A stretch of 64,000 bases of DNA from an uncultured delta proteobacterium. GTDB lineage: Bacteria; Myxococcota_A; Polyangia; Fen-1088. A program made the translations under genes and the position numbers. The stretch lies in assembly GCA_963755125.1 (NCBI GenBank), contig CAVWIP010000002.1, positions 1 to 64,000 on the forward strand, given 5' to 3'. The notes under the pieces were generated by a model, which saw only the letters and a program-made list of their open reading frames with translations, did no database searches and was not told the origin of the DNA. Of the stretch, positions 1 to 10,371 are shown in pieces. Position 1 is the first letter of the stretch, and every line of letters begins with the position of its first letter.

Positions 1-287
1 CATTCGCGATTCCCGGCACGAAACTTGGCGCAACTGAGATCTACGCCGGATACGAGCTGTCGGTGAGAGGTGTGAACCACGACATGAGCCAGGAGATATT
101 GCGACGCTCGACCGCTCTCTTGTCAGCGTCAGGACGCCCGACGACAGCGTCGCTCGCCTCCTCCTTCTGAGCGTCGTCGCGTCCTTGGTTCAGGCCGGGG
201 GAGCATGAAGGATGCGCTCCCGGGCCTGTCTTTCTGTCCTATCGATAGTGGGTTGATTACGAGCACAGCAAGGAATGGTGGTGCCCA

Positions 288-1826
288 ATGACAATGAGAT
301 CTCACGTGTTGATTGGCCTTATCATCTCGCCGGCGATGCTTCTCAGTCTGCTCACAGCGGCACGGGCCAGCCCTGACCTATCGGGCACGTCGGCGCCGCC
401 GGCTCTTTCGCCGGCGTCCACAGACAGGTCGGAAGTCGACATTCCTCCGCTGCCCCTTTCGGTAGCGTCGCCGCCAATGCGCTCTCCGCCGGAGACGTCG
501 GCGCCCGGCGCTCCCGAGCCGGCAAGCGAGCCATTTGCTTTTGGAGACTTCACTTGGCTGAACGGAAATAACCGACAGAAGCAGGCCCTGCTCGACACCA
601 AGTATTTCACGCCGTCGCTCCTTGTCGATGTGAACTACACAGCGTCGAGGAACAATCCGATTGACAACACGGTTGTCGGTTCGACCGCACTTTCGCGCAA
701 CAACGAATTTACTTTGGCCTTCCTGGGCTTCGGCGGCGACTTTCACGCCGAGGGTGGCCGGGCGCGGCTGATGACACAGTTTGGCGTCCGCTCGACTCTG
801 GTACCACGCAATGACGAAAGCACGAACCGTGGCCAATTCGACCTCCAGACGGCTCTGCGCTACATCAGCGAAGGCTGGGGCGGCTATCACTTCAATGTCC
901 TACACGGCATCAATGTCGACGCGGGAATCTTCATGTCGTACATTGGCTTGTTTTCCTACGACAACTTCGAGAACTGGATGTACCTGCCGTCGTTCACTTC
1001 GGACAACACGCCGTGGTTCTTCAACGGGATCCGGATCCAGATCTTCCCCACCGACAAGCTCAAGATCGAACCCTGGATCATCAACGGATGGCAGACCTAT
1101 GGGAAGTTCAACACCCTGCCCGGATTCGGTGTGCAGATTCTCTATCGCCCGGTGGAGTATCTGTCCTTCATGACCAACGACTACGTCGGTTGGGACACGC
1201 AGGACGCGCCCGGCCGGACACGGTATCATTCGGACAACAGCTTCCTGATGCGCTGGCTGAATCTCAGTCAGCCGAGGTATGGAGTGACGCGGGCGGCGTT
1301 TTCGATCACTGCGGACATCGGCTTCGAGCATGGGGACGGTGTTGTCGGGTTCGGTGGCACGGGAACGGAGGGCAATTGCACCAATGCCACACCATGCACG
1401 CAGCACTTTCTCAGCGCGATGGCCTACCACCGAGTCTGGTTTGGTGAGAAATTTGCGTGGAACGTCGGTGGAGGCTTCATGAGCAACCCGGGACGTTACC
1501 TGGTGCTGTCGCCTACCGGGAATGCATCCAGCACTTCTATAATCCAGCCGCTTGGCGTTGCATCTCCCACGGCGGGGTTCGACTTCAATCCGGGCACGAA
1601 GTTCAACGCGTTCGACTACGAGACGGGCTTTCAGTACATGCCCAGCCAGCTAGTCACATTCGACATCGAGGTCAACCACCGCCAGGCCAGCGTTCCATAC
1701 TTCGCCGGCCACGGGGGCGTCACGTCGCCCGATGGCTACATCAATACTATTATTCCGCCTGGCTGGCGGCCCGATCTGTCCAAGACCGACGACCGGATCA
1801 TCCTCGCGATGTTGACCCGCTTCTAG
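288..1826 (+). CDS. Outer-membrane beta-barrel porin (BBP2/DUF3138-like)
   Basis: Signal peptide, Pro-rich linker, EPFAFGDFTWLNG, DAGIFMSYIGLFSY and TPWFFNG motifs, C-terminal Phe. Confidence 0.8.
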   Translation: MTMRSHVLIGLIISPAMLLSLLTAARASPDLSGTSAPPALSPASTDRSEVDIPPLPLSVASPPMRSPPETSAPGAPEPASEPFAFGDFTWLNGNNRQKQALLDTKYFTPSLLVDVNYTASRNNPIDNTVVGSTALSRNNEFTLAFLGFGGDFHAEGGRARLMTQFGVRSTLVPRNDESTNRGQFDLQTALRYISEGWGGYHFNVLHGINVDAGIFMSYIGLFSYDNFENWMYLPSFTSDNTPWFFNGIRIQIFPTDKLKIEPWIINGWQTYGKFNTLPGFGVQILYRPVEYLSFMTNDYVGWDTQDAPGRTRYHSDNSFLMRWLNLSQPRYGVTRAAFSITADIGFEHGDGVVGFGGTGTEGNCTNATPCTQHFLSAMAYHRVWFGEKFAWNVGGGFMSNPGRYLVLSPTGNASSTSIIQPLGVASPTAGFDFNPGTKFNAFDYETGFQYMPSQLVTFDIEVNHRQASVPYFAGHGGVTSPDGYINTIIPPGWRPDLSKTDDRIILAMLTRF

Positions 1827-2071
1827 TGGCGGCAGGTGGATATCGGGCAATGAAACTCGGAGGATTGTCATCATGAAGAGAGCACCCTCGGTAAGCATCA
1901 AGTCCATCGCGTCACGAACCTTCTTCGTCACGGTCGCGGCTGTTGCGTTGGCACTCGGGGACGGGTGCAACCAAGGAAAGGAAGGGGATCGCTGTAACCC
2001 CGATCTTGCCCCGGGGGAAAGCGACTGCAACAGCGGCCTGACCTGCCAAAAGTCGCCGACCTGCGCGGAGA
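1762..2071 (+). repeat. Copy A of ~310-bp inverted repeat (porin 3' end, spacer, first ~66 codons of a small lipoprotein)
   Basis: Near-identical to the reverse complement of 13549..13963 once the MITE is removed. Confidence 0.95.
1873..2071 (+). pseudogene. 3'-truncated copy of the small Cys-rich lipoprotein
   Basis: Matches the 13463..13747 product up to ...KSPTCAE, then runs into antisense vapC sequence. Confidence 0.8.
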
Positions 2072-2102
2072 CAGGTTTCTGTAGGCGACCAGGACCGGGG
2101 AC

Positions 2103-2555
2103 TCAGCCGTGGGTACGCGCGACAAGCGGGACACGCAGGAATCCGGGGACTGCATCGAATCCGGCGTCGAAGGTCGCGACCGGGCCGATGCGACCTTCCT
2201 TCTGTAGAACAGCGATGAAGGCGTCATTGAAGTTGAGCTTGCCCCCGGTCAATGCGACAAAATCGAGGATGTCTTCGTATAGTCGCTCGGCTTCCGAGCC
2301 CACCCACATGATGGCCGAGCGATCGATCCTGCGACGGAAGTCGGCGAGCATGGCTGCCAGGTCACCAGTCCGGCGACGTTCCCGAAAGCGGCGGCAGAGA
2401 ACCGACACGGCCTCGCCAACCAGAATATCAAGGAGCACTGGATCGGTGCCGTCCTGCTCCAGCTGCGTCATGAGGTCGTGCGCGCGGGTGTGTAGGCTGT
2501 CCGCCGCGTCGATCCACGCCACCAGTACATTGGCGTCGAGAACGCACTCAGCCAT
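2103..2555 (-). CDS. vapC: PIN-domain (VapC-like) toxin
   Basis: VLDANVL start motif, LNFNDAFI and ATFDAGF acidic PIN motifs; start overlaps the stop of the upstream small gene. Confidence 0.88.
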   Translation of the reverse strand: MAECVLDANVLVAWIDAADSLHTRAHDLMTQLEQDGTDPVLLDILVGEAVSVLCRRFRERRRTGDLAAMLADFRRRIDRSAIMWVGSEAERLYEDILDFVALTGGKLNFNDAFIAVLQKEGRIGPVATFDAGFDAVPGFLRVPLVARTHG

Positions 2556-2769
2556 CGTAGAGATGCGCGCAGTCTTCGAGAGCGTCTCCACCGAGGGTGA
2601 CGATACCCTCCAGGTCGTGCAGACGCTGCCAGACCGCCGTCTGCCGGCTTTCGTGCGCAGACCTTGGCCCCCGACGACTCAACTCCGCCAGGACGCGAGT
2701 TCGATCCTCAGGACTCAGAGCTGCCAGTTCTTTGGCCAGCTCTTCTATACGTGCGCGCGGTGTGGCCAT
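2548..2769 (-). CDS. Putative antitoxin
   Basis: 73 aa, overlaps the toxin start (ATGGCTGA), acidic C-terminus GGDALED. Confidence 0.75.
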   Translation of the reverse strand: MATPRARIEELAKELAALSPEDRTRVLAELSRRGPRSAHESRQTAVWQRLHDLEGIVTLGGDALEDCAHLYDG

Positions 2770-2918
2770 CTAGAAGCAAGCGTAGACCCGTTTTCGACGA
2801 GGAGCAAACCGTACAGCGCCCCGTGGTGGCTACAGATCGCATCCGCGCGAGATGATAGGTGAAATTCGGGACAACGGGCAGCTCGACTGGTCACACTTCT
2901 TCGTGGTTGAAGAGGGAA

Positions 2919-3421
2919 ATGACGTCACTCCTCCTCTCTCAAATCGCAGATTGGATTCGACACGCCGCCCAACGGATCTGGAATAGCCTGCGCCCATTCT
3001 CCTCTGGCAGCCAAATCATGGGAATGGCTCTCGACGTGAGCCGCTCCCGACGTGACCTGATCATCGAGAACGCAGTGCTTCGACACCAGATCAACATCCT
3101 TCGTCGAGGCAAAAAGCGTCCCAGGCTCGGGGTGACCGACAGGCTCAAACTCCTCCTGGGCGCCTCGTTGCTCCCCAGGTGGCGCCAGGCCATTGCCATC
3201 GTGTGGCAGGCGTAAGCTGCTCGACCACGTCATCCTGCTCGGCGACCGGCACCTGGATTCGCTGGTTCGCGAGTACAAGGTATACTTCAATGAGGCTCGA
3301 CCCCATCAGGGGGATCGGACAGCGCGTGCCGTCTGGGGTTCGGCATCACGACCTGAGCGAGCCGATTGTCATCAGACCTGTGCTCGGCGGTCTGCATGCT
3401 GACTACCGGAGGGCCGCGTAA
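2919..3421 (+). pseudogene. Internally deleted rve-type integrase/transposase remnant
   Basis: N-terminal ENAVLRHQ..RPRL segment joined at ~3210 to C-terminal LDHVILLGDRHL..YFNEARPHQG..LGGLHADYRRAA; catalytic core missing, additional frameshift. Confidence 0.8.
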
Positions 3422-4191
3422 TCAATGGACTTCTAAATGGACAGCCATGGTAGCCAGCACGGGGCTCTGCTTCGCGGAGTCAGTTTCTTTCGAAGAGGAG
3501 GGTGCTCCCGCGCAATGCCTACCGCACTCAACTCGCGTGGGTGAGTTGTGGGTCGTCGCCACTCGGCCGGTGGAGGTGAATGGATTCGGATGGAACCCCA
3601 GCAAGACTGCTGACGCGACAGCCCGCCTACACAGCCAGTTTGTGGTGCTCGATGAAGGGCCGGCTGCCTTCGATGCGGCCGAGAACTACGTCGGCAGAAT
3701 CTGCCAGCGCTCACCGTCAAACTGCCCCGCGCCGAGCGTCGAATGCATTCCAGGCTGCGGCGCCATTAAGTGCCTGAAGATAGTCCCCGGCTTCAAGGCC
3801 CGGCCGGACATTTTGCTTGGAGCCCGGTCGCTCTGGCCCGGTGAGAAGCAGGCGACCTTGGGCCGAAGGCTGCCGGGGCTCGGGAACGCAACGTCTCCGT
3901 GATTTGCCAGCCCAGCGCGAAGACCTCCATGATATTGAGGATGGCGCAGTTGCGCACAGAAAGCTCGGGAATGTCTTTGCGCCCAGCTGTGCCGATGAGA
4001 TCGCGTCGATCGGAGCCGTGCATCCTCCGGCGATCTTTCACACTTCCTGCCATGAGTTTCTGGACACGCGATCCGACCGCCCAGCTTCCTGGTACAATTG
4101 AGGCGGTTGGTCTGGAGCGCCAAGCCCGACACTTTGCGCCCGGGCCTCGTTGCCTTGTTTCGGTTGCACCACCGCCATCATAGGAGCCCCC

Positions 4192-5928
4192 ATGTCTAAG
4201 TTAACGGCACAATTGGCTGGTATTCTCGCTGAAGCGAAACTTCGTGGCGTGGTTCGGCTTTGCTTCCTGCTTTCGCTTTTCACAGCGTCTTGCCAGCAAA
4301 CAGTAAGCCCTGCGCGAGATGCTGCCGCAGCCAGCGGAGGCCAGGGTGGTTCCAGCAGCGCAGAAAGTGGCGGGGCATCTGGCACAGGCGGCCAGGGTTC
4401 TGCGGCCTCGACGGGAGGCAGTACCAGTGCCGGGGGCCAAGACGGCAGTGCTATTTCTGATGGAGCAGGCGGGGCCGCTATCGGCGGAACCGGCGGGGTT
4501 AACCCAAGCGGGGGCGCTGGAACCGGCGGTGTCAACTCAAGCGGAGGCGCCGGAACCATCAGTGTCACAGGAAGCAGCGGCGCAGCGGGACGCGGCGGTA
4601 GCACGGGAAGCGGTGGCACGACGGCCCAGGGTGGGTCCGGCGGCAGCAGAAGCACATCCGATGCGGGGATTGCAGGCCGGGGTGGCTCCGGCGGCAGCGG
4701 GGGCGCGACCAGTACGGCTGGCACCAGCGCCGGGGGCACGGGAGGCCAGGGCGGCATCGGGGGCAGCGCAAGCGCGACCGACGCGGGAGCTGCAGGCCAG
4801 GGCGGGGGCGATGCCGGCAGCCTTGCGTCCACCTCGTTGGCGGTGCGCTTTGCCAACATGATCCTTAGCAAATGGCCTGATCCGGCCAGCATCGACGCGA
4901 CAGCCGGCTTCGAGTACAACCACGGCATCGTGTTGCGGGGCATTGAGCAAGTCTACCGTCACACCGGGGATTCCCGCTATCTGACGTACATTCAGAAGTA
5001 CATCGACGAAAATGTGAGCGCGAGCGGCGTTGTCGACATTAGCACGACAACCTTCGTCGCCTTCGACAACATGCAGCCGTCAGTATTGCTGCCCTTCTTG
5101 TACCAACAAACCGGATTGGCAAAATACCAGACTGCGGCCGACAGCATTCGGGCTCTCTACAACAATATTCCTACCAATGGCGACGGGGGCTTCTGGCACA
5201 AGCAATCGCTTCCCGACCAGATGTGGCTCGACGGCATTTACATGGGCGAGCCTTTTCTCGCGCGCTACGGGGCGGTGTTTGGCACCTGCGGCACTTTTTG
5301 CGGCGATACGGTCGTCACGCAAGCGACTCTCGTCGGCCAACACACCCTGGACACGGTAACGGGCCTGTACTACCACGCGTGGTGGGACAGCAATCCCGCC
5401 AGTGCAACCAATGTGAAGCCCGCATGGGCTGATGCCAACGGCCGGTCGCCCTGCATCTGGGGCCGGGCCATGGGCTGGTATGCCATGGCCCTGGTCGATA
5501 CCCTGGACGACCTGCCTGCCGATCAGACCGGCCGCAACGACCTGCTGTCTAATCTCACCGGCTTGGCGGCTGGGCTCAAGACCACACAGGATGCGACAGG
5601 GCTTTGGTATCAGGTGATGGACCAGGGGAACAAGAGCGGCAACTTCCTTGAAACCTCGGCGAGCGGAATGTTCGTCTATGCGCTGAAGGTCGCGGTCAAC
5701 CGTGGCTACATCGATGCTAGCTATCTCTCGGTGGCCAACAGTGGTTGACAGGGGCTTCAAACCAAGGTCACCATCGATGCTTCTGGGGAGCCGAGCATAA
5801 CGGGTGCTGTCCAAGGCATGAACGTGCAGAACAACTACGCCGGTTACGTCAACCAAGCTACGAAGACCAACTCCTCTCACGGATTGTGTGCCATCCTGCT
5901 GGCGGCGGCCGAAATGGAAGCGCAATAG
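4192..5928 (+). pseudogene. GH105/GH88 unsaturated rhamnogalacturonyl hydrolase lipoprotein with in-frame TGA at 5746..5748
   Basis: GGFWHK, QMWLDGIYM, WGRAMGW and ETSASGMF motifs; the frame continues 59 codons past the TGA to HGLCAILLAAAEMEAQ*. Confidence 0.8.
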
Positions 5929-6128
5929 GAAGCAACCGCAGGTCGCTCCGCAGCTACGTGTGAGCCGCAAAGACTCTGTGCGGCCTATGTAACGCTTGGG
6001 ATTCTCTGGAGATGATCGCACCGCAGCTGCGAACGAGGACATGACCGAGGATCGTTCGCAAGAGTGGCCTCCCCAATATCATTGAGGTCTTCGCTGGCGG
6101 GTGAGATCCGGCGGGTGATCCTTTCGTG

Positions 6129-6250
6129 ATGATCGACAACCTGGCGGCCATGTCACAGACGCGCCGCGCCTACGACCACCGTCTCCGGGAGCATGCGATC
6201 CGGAGCGGCACCAGGTGCCTGCCCAGGCACCTCGCCATCCCGCGTTCCAC
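6129..6250 (+). mobile_element. Short transposase N-terminal remnant
   Basis: RRAYDHRLRE...IPRST resembles the start of HTH-integrase transposases. Confidence 0.45.
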
Positions 6251-6529
6251 CGGCGAGAGCCGAGCCTGGTCAGAGACACCGTGCCAGCGTTTAACGCCTC
6301 TTCGCGTCATGGTTGACAGCTTGAGAATCGAGCGGGCCACTCCGCTACCACATAGGCAGTCTGGACACGTTTCAAGAATGCCCTCATCAAGCGAGACCGG
6401 TCCGATGAGCGGAGTGACCTTGGCTCATGATGGCGAAGACGGCATCGCTCGCCTCCTCGTACGCTACGGCCGCACGCGGCCAGTTGGCGCATGAACTGCC
6501 GTGCTTCGGATGGGGTAGACTGAAACCCC

Positions 6530-7681
6530 ATGAGCGGCCACATCTCCTTCGCGTCCCATTCCTCGCCGGATCACCACGAAGCACGCGCGCGCGCGGTCGC
6601 GCACGGTTTTCTGCCTGCCACCGTTTTTGCGCTTCTCGCTCTAGCCGGCAACGGGCTCGCTGGCTGTGTAAAAAGCGAGGTCGTCAGTACGGAAGGCGCC
6701 AATGGCGGTGCGACGGGCGGGGCCGCCGGACAGGGCACGTCGGGCGCCGGCGGCACCATTCAACTCGCCATCGACACGACCTCGACGGTTACACCGTCGA
6801 GCGTGGACACCGGGGTCACGAGTCAGATGGTGGGCTGCGACGGCGGCGATGGCTGCACCTGCCCTCCGCTCAACGTCGCGGTCCTGGGCAAGCCGGGCAA
6901 GTGGGGCGCGAACCCCAACGGGGATCCCGACACCGCTTTGCAGGACTGGCTGAACAGCAGCAGCGCCGGAACCGCGCGCGTCGACAACTTCACCAACCGC
7001 GTGACGTTGACCTCGGACTTCTTGGCCACCTACAACGTCATCATCCTCGCCTCGCTGTCGGATGATTCGAATTTGGGACCCTTCTGGACGTTCGACCCTT
7101 CGGAGGTCGCTGCTTTCCAGGACTGGGTGGAGAACAAGGGCGGCGGCGTGATCACGCTGACTGGCTATTCAGGGAATGGCCAGGAGATCAATGCCCCCAA
7201 TCAGCTGATTGCATTTTCCGGTATTTCCTACAACAACGACGGAATTAACGCGCCCTATAGCTGGCCAGTTTCTGGGTGCGCCGGATCCAATCCGATCTCG
7301 GATTGGATCAAGACCGATCCGGTGATTGCCAGCCTCAGCAACAACGTCACCTGGATTGGACTGGCCAACGGCCGGTCCATCAATGCACCCGCCGATGGCC
7401 ATGTTGCCGCGACCGTCCCTGGGCCTCCAATCGCGAACGTGCTGGTTGGCAAGCTCGTCGGTACCGGGCACGTGCTGGTCTACGGTGACGAATGGATTAC
7501 CTACACCACCCAATGGAATGGAGTCGGCAATCCCGAGACGAATGATCCGGCCTGCGCGGGTTTCTTGCCTCAAGACGTGTATCAGACGGCTCAGTTCTGG
7601 TACAACATGATCAAGTGGTCGCAGCCAAGCGCCGCCTGCTTCGAGATCGTCGACGAGCAGCAGCCTGTTGTCATCTGGTAG
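6530..7681 (+). CDS. Secreted lipoprotein, hypothetical
   Basis: LAGC lipobox, Gly/Thr linker, globular C-terminal domain (GGGVITLTGY, VYGDEWITY). Confidence 0.75.
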   Translation: MSGHISFASHSSPDHHEARARAVAHGFLPATVFALLALAGNGLAGCVKSEVVSTEGANGGATGGAAGQGTSGAGGTIQLAIDTTSTVTPSSVDTGVTSQMVGCDGGDGCTCPPLNVAVLGKPGKWGANPNGDPDTALQDWLNSSSAGTARVDNFTNRVTLTSDFLATYNVIILASLSDDSNLGPFWTFDPSEVAAFQDWVENKGGGVITLTGYSGNGQEINAPNQLIAFSGISYNNDGINAPYSWPVSGCAGSNPISDWIKTDPVIASLSNNVTWIGLANGRSINAPADGHVAATVPGPPIANVLVGKLVGTGHVLVYGDEWITYTTQWNGVGNPETNDPACAGFLPQDVYQTAQFWYNMIKWSQPSAACFEIVDEQQPVVIW

Positions 7682-8068
7682 TTCCCATCACCACGATCGA
7701 GGATTGTCGGCAAGCCCGCTCGCTACTCCGTGGAAGCAATCTCGCAGAAGGGCGGGAATTCGATCGCGGTGAGCGCGATTGCTTGGGTCGCCCTTCGCGA
7801 GAGCTTCCAGGTATTTGGCGCATCTCGGAGCCGCGGTTCCCATGATCGTCGGGGCGCGTTTTGCCCTGAATCCCAGGGGCACCTATCTCCGTAGCCGGCA
7901 TCTAATTGATAATGCAGAGCCTGACGTGTGCCTTGGCTGCTTCCGAAGAAAAGGGTGCCCAGCACCCGGGACCACAAGCTGCTCGACGGAGGCGGCAGCG
8001 GACGGAACGGTGGCATCAACTGCCGCCTTGGCTTGCCCTCAGCCGCAACCACTGGCTACCTGTTGGTG

Positions 8069-8179
8069 CCTTCCGACGGTGCGCGGCTACCAGCCGGCCT
8101 AACGACCGCGAGTGGTCCGCGGCCGGCCAGTTGATGGGGCGCGGGGGAACCCCTTCGCACCTCCCGTACTTGGAAAGGA
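8069..8179 (+). ncRNA. Moco/Tuco-class riboswitch (Moco RNA motif)
   Basis: Ends CCTCCCGTACTTGGAAAGG like the Moco motif 3' end; 5' CCTTCCGA pairs with TTGGAAAGG and covers the RBS; internal CCGGCCTAA..GGCCGG stem; directly upstream of moeA. Confidence 0.8.
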
Positions 8180-8186
8180 ATCCGTC

Positions 8187-9401
8187 TTGCTCACACCACA
8201 ACAGGCGTGGTCGTCCATCCTGACGCACACGGCGTGCCTGCCCGCGATCGAGGTTCCCGCCGACGAGGCTTTGGGTCACGTGCTAGCTGAGCCCCTGCTT
8301 GCGGATCGCGACATGCCTCCTGCCAACCGCTCGGCGAAGGACGGGTTCGCAGTCCGCTCGGCGGACTTGCGACGGATGCCCGTCACCCTGCCGATCATCG
8401 GTGAAGTGGCGGCCGGCTCACCTGCGGCGCCAGCAGTGACCGAGGGAACCTGCGCGTGCATTTTCACCGGCGCCAACGTCCCGCCCGGTGCCGACACCGT
8501 GGTCCAGGTCGAAGACACGCGCTCGGCGGGCGCCGGTGAAGTCACCTTCGTCAGGGCCGAGCAGGTGGGAGCAAACATCCTGCGCCAGGGGGAGAACGCG
8601 CGGGCAGGCCGCGTGCTTGTCCCCGCGGGCCGCGTGCTCGACGGCCTGCACATCGCCATCGCCGCCGCCACCGGACGTACGAGCCTGCGTGTGTTTCGCC
8701 GGCCGCGCGTCGCGATCATCGCCACCGGGCGCGAACTTCAGCCCCCGGAGGCTAAGGTCGGCGCGCACCAGGAGCGCGACGCCAATGGCCCCATGCTGGC
8801 TGCGGCCTTCCGCGCGGCGGGATTTCCTGTCGCGTTCGCTTGCCGGGTCTCCGACGATCTCGATGCCGTGACGGCGATGCTGCGGGAAGGGCTCGTGGGT
8901 GCAGACGCCGCCGTGCTGAGCGGCGGTGTGTCGGTGGGCGCGTACGATTTCGTTCCCGCGGCCATCACGGCCGTCGGCGGGAGCCCCCGCGTTCACGGCG
9001 TGGCCATGAAGCCGGGCAAGCCATTCCTCTTCGCCACCACGCCTGACTCTCGCCTAGTCTTCGGCCTGCCCGGCAATCCCCTGAGCGCGGCCACCACCCT
9101 GCACGAATTCGTGTTGCCGGCTTTGCGCCGCATGGCCGGTTGGCCCGAGGCGCACTGCCGCCCACTCGTACGCGCTCGTTTGCGCGAGGCGATCGCGAAC
9201 ACGCCCGGCTGCCAGCGCTATGTCCTGGCCACCCTGGCGTGGAAAACCTCGGGACCCGAGGTCACGGCGGTGGGCAGCCGAAGCTCGGCCGACCTCGCAG
9301 CTGGCGCTCGCGCGGACGGCGCGATCATCGTGCCCCCCGAAGCGCGCGGCCTGGATCAGGGCTCGCTCGTCGATTTTCGCCCCTGGAGGGTGTGGCCATG
9401 A
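8187..9401 (+). CDS. moeA: Molybdopterin molybdotransferase MoeA
   Basis: SAKDGFAV, IFTGANVP, SGGVSVG and FGLPGNP motifs; TTG start after GGAAAGGA. Confidence 0.93.
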   Translation: MLTPQQAWSSILTHTACLPAIEVPADEALGHVLAEPLLADRDMPPANRSAKDGFAVRSADLRRMPVTLPIIGEVAAGSPAAPAVTEGTCACIFTGANVPPGADTVVQVEDTRSAGAGEVTFVRAEQVGANILRQGENARAGRVLVPAGRVLDGLHIAIAAATGRTSLRVFRRPRVAIIATGRELQPPEAKVGAHQERDANGPMLAAAFRAAGFPVAFACRVSDDLDAVTAMLREGLVGADAAVLSGGVSVGAYDFVPAAITAVGGSPRVHGVAMKPGKPFLFATTPDSRLVFGLPGNPLSAATTLHEFVLPALRRMAGWPEAHCRPLVRARLREAIANTPGCQRYVLATLAWKTSGPEVTAVGSRSSADLAAGARADGAIIVPPEARGLDQGSLVDFRPWRVWP

Positions 9402-10363
9402 TGACCATGACGGCGCCCCTCGTCCTGCGCATCTCGGTCACCGACCGCTGCCCGCTCCGCTGCGTGTACTGCCGTCCGCACAAGGAGGACGATGAGCGCG
9501 TCCGTGATCGCCTGCGTGCCGAGGACATCGTCCGCTTTGTCCGCGTGGCCCAGGCCGCGGCCGGCGTCGCCAAGCTCCGCCTCACCGGCGGCGAGCCGCT
9601 CGGCCGCAGCGACATCGTGAACTTGGTGGCCGCCCTCGCGCCCCTGGGCGTGCCCGATCTCGCGCTGACCACCAACGGCCAGCGCCTGGCGGTGCTCGCG
9701 CAGTCCTTGCGCCAGGCCGGACTCCACCGTGTCAACGTCAGCCTCGATTCCCTCGACCCGGAAAACTTCACGCGCGCCGCTCAGGGCGGCGGGCTTGCGC
9801 ACACCCTCGCTGGCATCGACGCCGCGCTCGCGGCCGGCCTCGCTCCCCTGCGCATCAACACCGTGGTGATGCGCGGGGTGAACGACCATGAGGCCGAGGC
9901 TCTCGTCGTCCGCGCCCTCGAACGCGGCTGCGAGCAACGCTTCATCGAGCTGATGCCCTCGAGCCTGCGTCCTCGGGACTTCCAGGCATGGTTCATCCCG
10001 TCCGCCGAACTGCGCGAGCGTCTGGCCCGCACCTTCGATCTTGCGCCCATTCCCCACGAGATCGCCTCGCCGAGCCGACGTTTTAGCGTGACCACCCGTG
10101 ACGGCAAGCAAGGCACGGTCGGCTTCATCTCTCCCAACAGCCAGCCCTTCTGTTTCGGCTGCCGCCGCCTGCGCCTCACCGCCGATGGCCGCCTACTCGG
10201 CTGCCTCGGTCGCCGCGACCACATCGGCGTTCTCGGCCTGCTGCGCGACCCTGATGCCTCCGCCGACGAGCGCATCGCCGCCGCCCTCCGCGTCGCCCTC
10301 GGGTGCAAACGCCCATCTGGCCCCTTCTGCATCCCAATGCCCATGTCCTCGGTAGGTGGCTAG
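9398..10363 (+). CDS. moaA: GTP 3',8-cyclase MoaA (radical SAM)
   Basis: CPLRCVYC, RLTGGEP, FCFGCRRLRLTADG, C-terminal GG; ATGA overlap with moeA. Confidence 0.93.
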   Translation: MMTMTAPLVLRISVTDRCPLRCVYCRPHKEDDERVRDRLRAEDIVRFVRVAQAAAGVAKLRLTGGEPLGRSDIVNLVAALAPLGVPDLALTTNGQRLAVLAQSLRQAGLHRVNVSLDSLDPENFTRAAQGGGLAHTLAGIDAALAAGLAPLRINTVVMRGVNDHEAEALVVRALERGCEQRFIELMPSSLRPRDFQAWFIPSAELRERLARTFDLAPIPHEIASPSRRFSVTTRDGKQGTVGFISPNSQPFCFGCRRLRLTADGRLLGCLGRRDHIGVLGLLRDPDASADERIAAALRVALGCKRPSGPFCIPMPMSSVGG

Positions 10364-10371
10364 CGTGTGAC

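Noticed and set aside
14..30. Sigma54-like CGGCACGAAACTTGG
   Set aside because: The -12 position reads GG rather than GC
1873..2862. 329-aa ORF
   Set aside because: Only the first ~66 codons are gene-like; the rest is antisense to the TA pair
3422..4150. Several overlapping ORFs of 60-180 aa
   Set aside because: No recognisable motifs or consistent coding signal
5746..5748. Alternative genetic code or selenocysteine at the in-frame TGA
   Set aside because: TGA terminates many genes here, and the position is not a catalytic Cys
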